A stretch of DNA of 64,000 bases from an uncultured delta proteobacterium (GTDB taxonomy: Bacteria; Myxococcota_A; Polyangia; Fen-1088). The position numbers and the translations under genes are program-made. The DNA is taken from positions 64,001-128,000 of the forward strand of contig CAWCMR010000015.1 in NCBI GenBank assembly GCA_963796685.1. The letters run 5' to 3'. The notes under the pieces are model-generated. The model did not search any database. It had not been told where the DNA came from and saw only the letters and a list, made by a program, of their open reading frames with translations. The stretch's first letter is position 1, and every line of letters starts with the position of its first letter. Shown here piece by piece: positions 59,657-64,000 of this stretch.

Positions 59657-61510
59657 GTGACCATGTTGCGTTCAATTCAATCCACGGCCTTTCTCGGAAC
59701 CATCCTATTAACAGGCGCTGCGATGGCTCAACCCAACGCTCCGGCCCCAACGACCCCGGCCTCTGCCGAGAGTCCCGCCAACCCGCCCGCTGCGGCTCCG
59801 GCGCCCGCCGCGAAAGCCGAGGAAGCCCCTGCGCCGGCGCCCGTCGCGGTGCCCGCACCGCCGCCCCCCGAGGCGCAGCCCGTGGTGCAAGCGCCCAAGG
59901 CGAAGAAACGGACCGTTGCGGGCGCCGGCCTCGATAGCCAGAGCCTGACCTATTCCTCCGGCAATACCGAGGCGGTCGAGTCGACCACCTCGGACAAAGA
60001 CTGGGGCTTCAAGTTCAAGGGCTACTTCCGTGGACCCATGCGCGTCGGTATCACCGAGGCGGGGTACCTCAACTCCGCGACGGGGAGTACCGCCCCCGGC
60101 TATACTCCCAGCACGTTGCAATTCCATGCCCCACCCGTCACGCCTGATTCCAACTATACCCGCTGGGATTTTACCGGGATCAGCCCAGGGCCGTGGGCCG
60201 AGCTCTTCTTCCAGTACGGCAACCAGCGGGTCATGATGACCACCTCCATCGCCAGCTACAACATCACCTCGGGCGGCTGGCGCGAATTGCAAGATCAGCT
60301 CGGCATCGACCGCGCCTTCCTGACCTTGAAGTTCCCCGAAGCCCTGGGCAACCTGGGCGGCATGGCGTGGGACGTGGGTGTGTTCTCGAACTTCTACGGC
60401 GCCCTCGGCAAGTATGACGGCGGCGAGTACCAAACCTACCTGTTCGGCCGAACCCGTCTCGCCGGCGCAACCGGGACCGCAGACCTGGAGCTCAACGACG
60501 ACTGGAAGCTGGTCGTCGAGGGCGGTTTCGGCGCCAAGATGGACCAGATGTATCAGATGTACGGACCCACCTCCGCCGCCCCAACCCTTGCGGCCAACGC
60601 GCCCAGGTACGAGTATCCATCCTGGGTGCCCTATCCGGGGCAAGACGTTCAGAACGGAACGAACCTGTTGGCGCACATTCACGTCGGATTCGTCTACGAC
60701 AGCGTGTGGACCTTCACCGGCCACTACATCAACTCCTTCGTGCGAGATAACCGCTGGAACGTGGCGTCCACGGGTGGCACCTCGCTGAGGCCTGCCTACG
60801 ACAAGGCTCCCGGCTCGGCGTCGATTCAAGTCATGGGCGGCGACGTCCGATGGGCTGGCGGCTGGATCGATGCTTATGCCGGGTATTCCTACCTCAAGGG
60901 TCACAATGTTGGAGCCGTCAGCGACTCCATCGAGGTCCTTCACTCCCAGGGCGGCTGGCAGCTGGCGCAGAACTACTTCCAAGACCTGAAGGATCCCAAC
61001 CATATCGGCGACGGAGACGGGAACATCCACTCTGTCGCGGGCCAAGCCACGTTCAGCCTGGCGGGATTCATGATGCGTCCGCGGCCATTCTGGGGACAAG
61101 GTACCGATGTCAACGTCACGCTCTTCGGCATGTACAACAAGATCACCGGGACGCACTACACCGACACCAACCTCTCCAAGCTGAAGTATGGCGCCGACAT
61201 CATCTACTCCTTCATGCCCATGATGGCCGTGGCGACTCGCCTCGATGCCGTGAACCCGGATATGGGCGACAGCACCCAGAGCTTCTACGCTCTTTCGCCC
61301 AGGCTCGTTTTCCGCAGCGAGTTCGTCACGCACGAGATGGTCACCCTGCAGTACTCGCGCTACTTCTACGGCTCGGCGTACAAGGACCCATCGCGCGTGG
61401 ACGATGTCATGCCATGGCCCTTCGGAGCGAATGGCACCTACGACATCAGGGTCCTGGGCGGCCATCCGGACGAGAACGTGGTCACGCTTTCCGCCAGCAT
61501 GTGGTGGTAG
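59657..61510 (+). CDS. Putative outer-membrane beta-barrel (porin-like) protein
   Basis: Signal peptide ending AMA-Q, Pro/Ala linker, FKFKGYFRGPMRVG first strand, many aromatic amphipathic strands, C-terminal TLSASMWW. Confidence 0.68.
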   Translation: MTMLRSIQSTAFLGTILLTGAAMAQPNAPAPTTPASAESPANPPAAAPAPAAKAEEAPAPAPVAVPAPPPPEAQPVVQAPKAKKRTVAGAGLDSQSLTYSSGNTEAVESTTSDKDWGFKFKGYFRGPMRVGITEAGYLNSATGSTAPGYTPSTLQFHAPPVTPDSNYTRWDFTGISPGPWAELFFQYGNQRVMMTTSIASYNITSGGWRELQDQLGIDRAFLTLKFPEALGNLGGMAWDVGVFSNFYGALGKYDGGEYQTYLFGRTRLAGATGTADLELNDDWKLVVEGGFGAKMDQMYQMYGPTSAAPTLAANAPRYEYPSWVPYPGQDVQNGTNLLAHIHVGFVYDSVWTFTGHYINSFVRDNRWNVASTGGTSLRPAYDKAPGSASIQVMGGDVRWAGGWIDAYAGYSYLKGHNVGAVSDSIEVLHSQGGWQLAQNYFQDLKDPNHIGDGDGNIHSVAGQATFSLAGFMMRPRPFWGQGTDVNVTLFGMYNKITGTHYTDTNLSKLKYGADIIYSFMPMMAVATRLDAVNPDMGDSTQSFYALSPRLVFRSEFVTHEMVTLQYSRYFYGSAYKDPSRVDDVMPWPFGANGTYDIRVLGGHPDENVVTLSASMWW

Positions 61511-61513
61511 CGA

Positions 61514-63391
61514 ATGAGGGCAGTCAGGCTGCTTCCCTGGCTTCTCGGGGTTGCAGCCTGCGTTCCCATCGGAAAAACTCGGCCCGGCGCCGGCGGAGGT
61601 AATCCCGGTAAGCTCGCCGCCGTTCCCGGCCGCATCGCCGTCGATCCGCGCCACCTGATTCTGGTCAATCAGGTGGGCTATTTCACCGATCTGGCCAAGC
61701 TCGCCACCCTGCGCTCGGATGCGAGGCAGCCGCTCGATTGGAAGCTCTTCGCCGCCGACGGAAGCGAGGTGGCCTATGGCAAATCGCAACCGGCGGGCTT
61801 GGATGTTCCCTCGGGCGACGCCGTTCACATCATCGACTTCACCGAATTCACGGGCACCGGCCGTGGCTTCACCCTGGCGGTGGGCGCGGAGCGCAGCCCG
61901 CCGTTCGAAATCGGCACGGGCATCTACCACAAGCTGAAGTACGACGCGCTTTCGTATTTCTACCACAACCGCTCGGGCATCGAGATTGCCATGCCCTATG
62001 CCGGTGGCGAGCAGTGGACACGCCCGGCCGGGCATCTGTCCGACAAGAACGTTCCCTGCGCGCCCAGCGCCGGTTGTTCCTACAGCCTGGACGTCCGCGG
62101 CGGCTGGTACGACGCCGGCGATCACGGCAAGTACGTGATCAGCGGTGCCATCTCGGTGTGGACGCTGCTCGACCTGTACGAGCGCGAGCAGTTCATCGGC
62201 GGGTCCACCGCCGCGGTCGCTGACGGCACCATGAGCCTTCCCGAGAGCAAGAATGGCGTGCCCGATCTGCTCGACGAGGCGCGCTGGGAGCTGGAGCTCC
62301 TGCTCGAGATGCAGGTGCCGGTTGGACAGCCCAAGGCGGGCATGGTCCACCACAAAATCCACGACAAGGCGTGGACCGCGCTCGGCCTGGCGCCGAGCGA
62401 CGATCCGATGCCGCGCTTCCTCTATCCGGTCTCGACCGCGGCGACGCTGGATCTGGCCGCGGTGGCCGCGCAGGCCGGCCGGATCTGGAGGACCCTCGAT
62501 CCCAAGTTTTCGGCCCGCTGTATCGCCGCGGCCGAGAGGGCATGGGCTGCCGCGGTCGCCAACCCCGAAGCTCTGGCCGTGGCCGGGGGCGAGGGCGGCG
62601 GGCCCTACGCGGATAAGCAAGTCGACGACGAATTCTACTGGGCAGCGGCGGAGCTGTTCATCACCACCAGGCGACCCGCGTATCGGCAGTACCTGGTCGC
62701 CTCCCCGAGCTACCTGAAGGTGCCTGCGCACCTGCGCGACGGTGAGGGCGGGGGCATTCCGTCGAGCATGACCTGGCAGGAGGTGGCCGCGCTCGGCACC
62801 CTCTCGCTGGCCGTGGTCCCGAACGCGCTGCCACCGGCGGAGCGAAAGACCGCCCGCGACGCCGTGATCGCCGCAGCCGACAGCTATATGGCCATCCTCA
62901 GGCATCGGGGCTTCCGCGTGCCCATCGACTGGGGCAAGGAGAACAAGGCGCCCTGGGGCTCCAATTCGTTCCTGCTCAACAACCTGATCGTCCTGGGGCT
63001 GGCCGCGGACTTCACGGATGCGCGCAAGTATCTCAACGCGGTGGTGGCGGGCATGGACTATATCCTCGGCCGCAACGCCATGGATCAGTCGTACGTCACT
63101 GGATACGGCAGCAGGCCGCTGATGAATCCGCACCACCGCTTCTGGGCCTACCAAGCGAACAGCAAGTTCCCGCATGCACCGCCCGGAGCGGTGTCCGGTG
63201 GACCGAACTCGGGTCTGCAGGATCCCTACGTCAAGGCCGCCCACATGCGCGGTTGCGTCGCCGAGAAGTGTTTCGCCGACAACATCGAATCGTGGTCGAC
63301 CAACGAAGTCGCCATCAACTGGAACGCGCCGCTGGCCTGGGTTCTCTTCTACCTCGACGAAAAGGGGTCGACGGCAAAGCCGGCCAAGTAG
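61514..63391 (+). CDS. Glycoside hydrolase family 9 endoglucanase (Ig-like N-terminal domain), lipoprotein
   Basis: Lipobox VAAC; VNQVGY; GGWYDAGDHGKY; PHHR; SWSTNEVAINWNA. Confidence 0.93.
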   Translation: MRAVRLLPWLLGVAACVPIGKTRPGAGGGNPGKLAAVPGRIAVDPRHLILVNQVGYFTDLAKLATLRSDARQPLDWKLFAADGSEVAYGKSQPAGLDVPSGDAVHIIDFTEFTGTGRGFTLAVGAERSPPFEIGTGIYHKLKYDALSYFYHNRSGIEIAMPYAGGEQWTRPAGHLSDKNVPCAPSAGCSYSLDVRGGWYDAGDHGKYVISGAISVWTLLDLYEREQFIGGSTAAVADGTMSLPESKNGVPDLLDEARWELELLLEMQVPVGQPKAGMVHHKIHDKAWTALGLAPSDDPMPRFLYPVSTAATLDLAAVAAQAGRIWRTLDPKFSARCIAAAERAWAAAVANPEALAVAGGEGGGPYADKQVDDEFYWAAAELFITTRRPAYRQYLVASPSYLKVPAHLRDGEGGGIPSSMTWQEVAALGTLSLAVVPNALPPAERKTARDAVIAAADSYMAILRHRGFRVPIDWGKENKAPWGSNSFLLNNLIVLGLAADFTDARKYLNAVVAGMDYILGRNAMDQSYVTGYGSRPLMNPHHRFWAYQANSKFPHAPPGAVSGGPNSGLQDPYVKAAHMRGCVAEKCFADNIESWSTNEVAINWNAPLAWVLFYLDEKGSTAKPAK

Positions 63392-63429
63392 ATCTCTTTC
63401 ACGCTAGACTCGGGTGAGGAGTCGCCGTC

Positions 63430-64000
63430 GTGTCCGCGCGCAAGCCGCCACCCAAGCCCGAGCCCGAAAGGGTAGGGGTGTGGTCGGGGCTAGGCGAGGA
63501 AGAGCGACGGCTCTTCGAGAAGAAGCTCGCTGGCGTGACGCCCTTGCGAAAGGGGAGCGATCGCGTCCTGCTGGAAAATGGTGGCTCGGGGCCGCAGGTC
63601 CCCGGCAAAGGCGCAGGCCACGGGGCTCGCGATGACGACCGGCTCGTCGTCGATCGTCAGGCTGATCGCATCACCGGCGCAGGCTATGGTGTCTCCCATG
63701 AGACCCTGCGCGCGCTCGCGCGGGGGGATATTCGCGCCGGGCGCACCTGCGACCTGCACGGTCTCGGCGCCGAGGCGGCCCGCCGTCGCATTCAACAATT
63801 CGTCCGCGACGCAGCTTGCGCGGGTGAGCGAGCGGTGCTGGTCATTTGCGGGCGCGGGCTGCACTCGGGCGGCAACGACCCCGTGCTTCGCGACGTCGCC
63901 GTCGAGGTGCTGTGCAACCGCCCGGCGCGGGCGCACGTCCTCGGCTTTTCCACCGCCACGCCGGCGCGCGGTGGCGACGGCGCGCTGGCGATCCTGCTTC
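63430..64000 (+). CDS. Smr/MutS2-domain protein (runs off the window end)
   Basis: GTG after GAGGAG; LFEKKLAGVTPL, CDLHGL, LVICGRGLHS, GGDGAL. Confidence 0.85.
   Translation, partial: MSARKPPPKPEPERVGVWSGLGEEERRLFEKKLAGVTPLRKGSDRVLLENGGSGPQVPGKGAGHGARDDDRLVVDRQADRITGAGYGVSHETLRALARGDIRAGRTCDLHGLGAEAARRRIQQFVRDAACAGERAVLVICGRGLHSGGNDPVLRDVAVEVLCNRPARAHVLGFSTATPARGGDGALAILL

Noticed and set aside
59708-63244. Very long antisense ORFs (1178 aa here; also 5083-7329, 23122-25125, 51977-53926, 57699-59294)
   Set aside because: Shadow frames opposite clear genes in high-GC DNA; no motifs, and composition typical of reverse-complement codons

Overview
GC-rich window that looks like a myxobacterial (Myxococcota/Polyangia-like) chromosome. 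Supporting signs are a MYXO-CTERM protein, a Hanks-type kinase, sigma54 activators and a TolQ-ExbD-ExbD cassette. Most of it is core genome: tRNA-Arg, a Crp/Fnr regulator, mlaEFD, yceD-rpmF-plsX-fabG-acpP-fabF, pepP, clpSA, ABC-F, pgi, mutS, rpsT, holA, a pilT paralogue, ttcA and acnA. It also carries an AT-richer XcyI/Cfr9I-type restriction-modification pair, three families of palindromic intergenic repeats, and an accessory envelope region (52-63.4 kb). The most notable observation is in that region: an ECF sigma / zinc-binding anti-sigma / exported caspase-like protease triad. A candidate ECF promoter, TTCYCA-N16-TGT, appears once in front of each of the three surrounding transcription units, including the one holding the sigma gene and an outer-membrane protein plus GH9 cellulase pair. 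Ten genes, including holA, carry single-base frameshifts that are most likely sequencing or assembly errors. All calls come from reading the sequence by eye; no searches were run.
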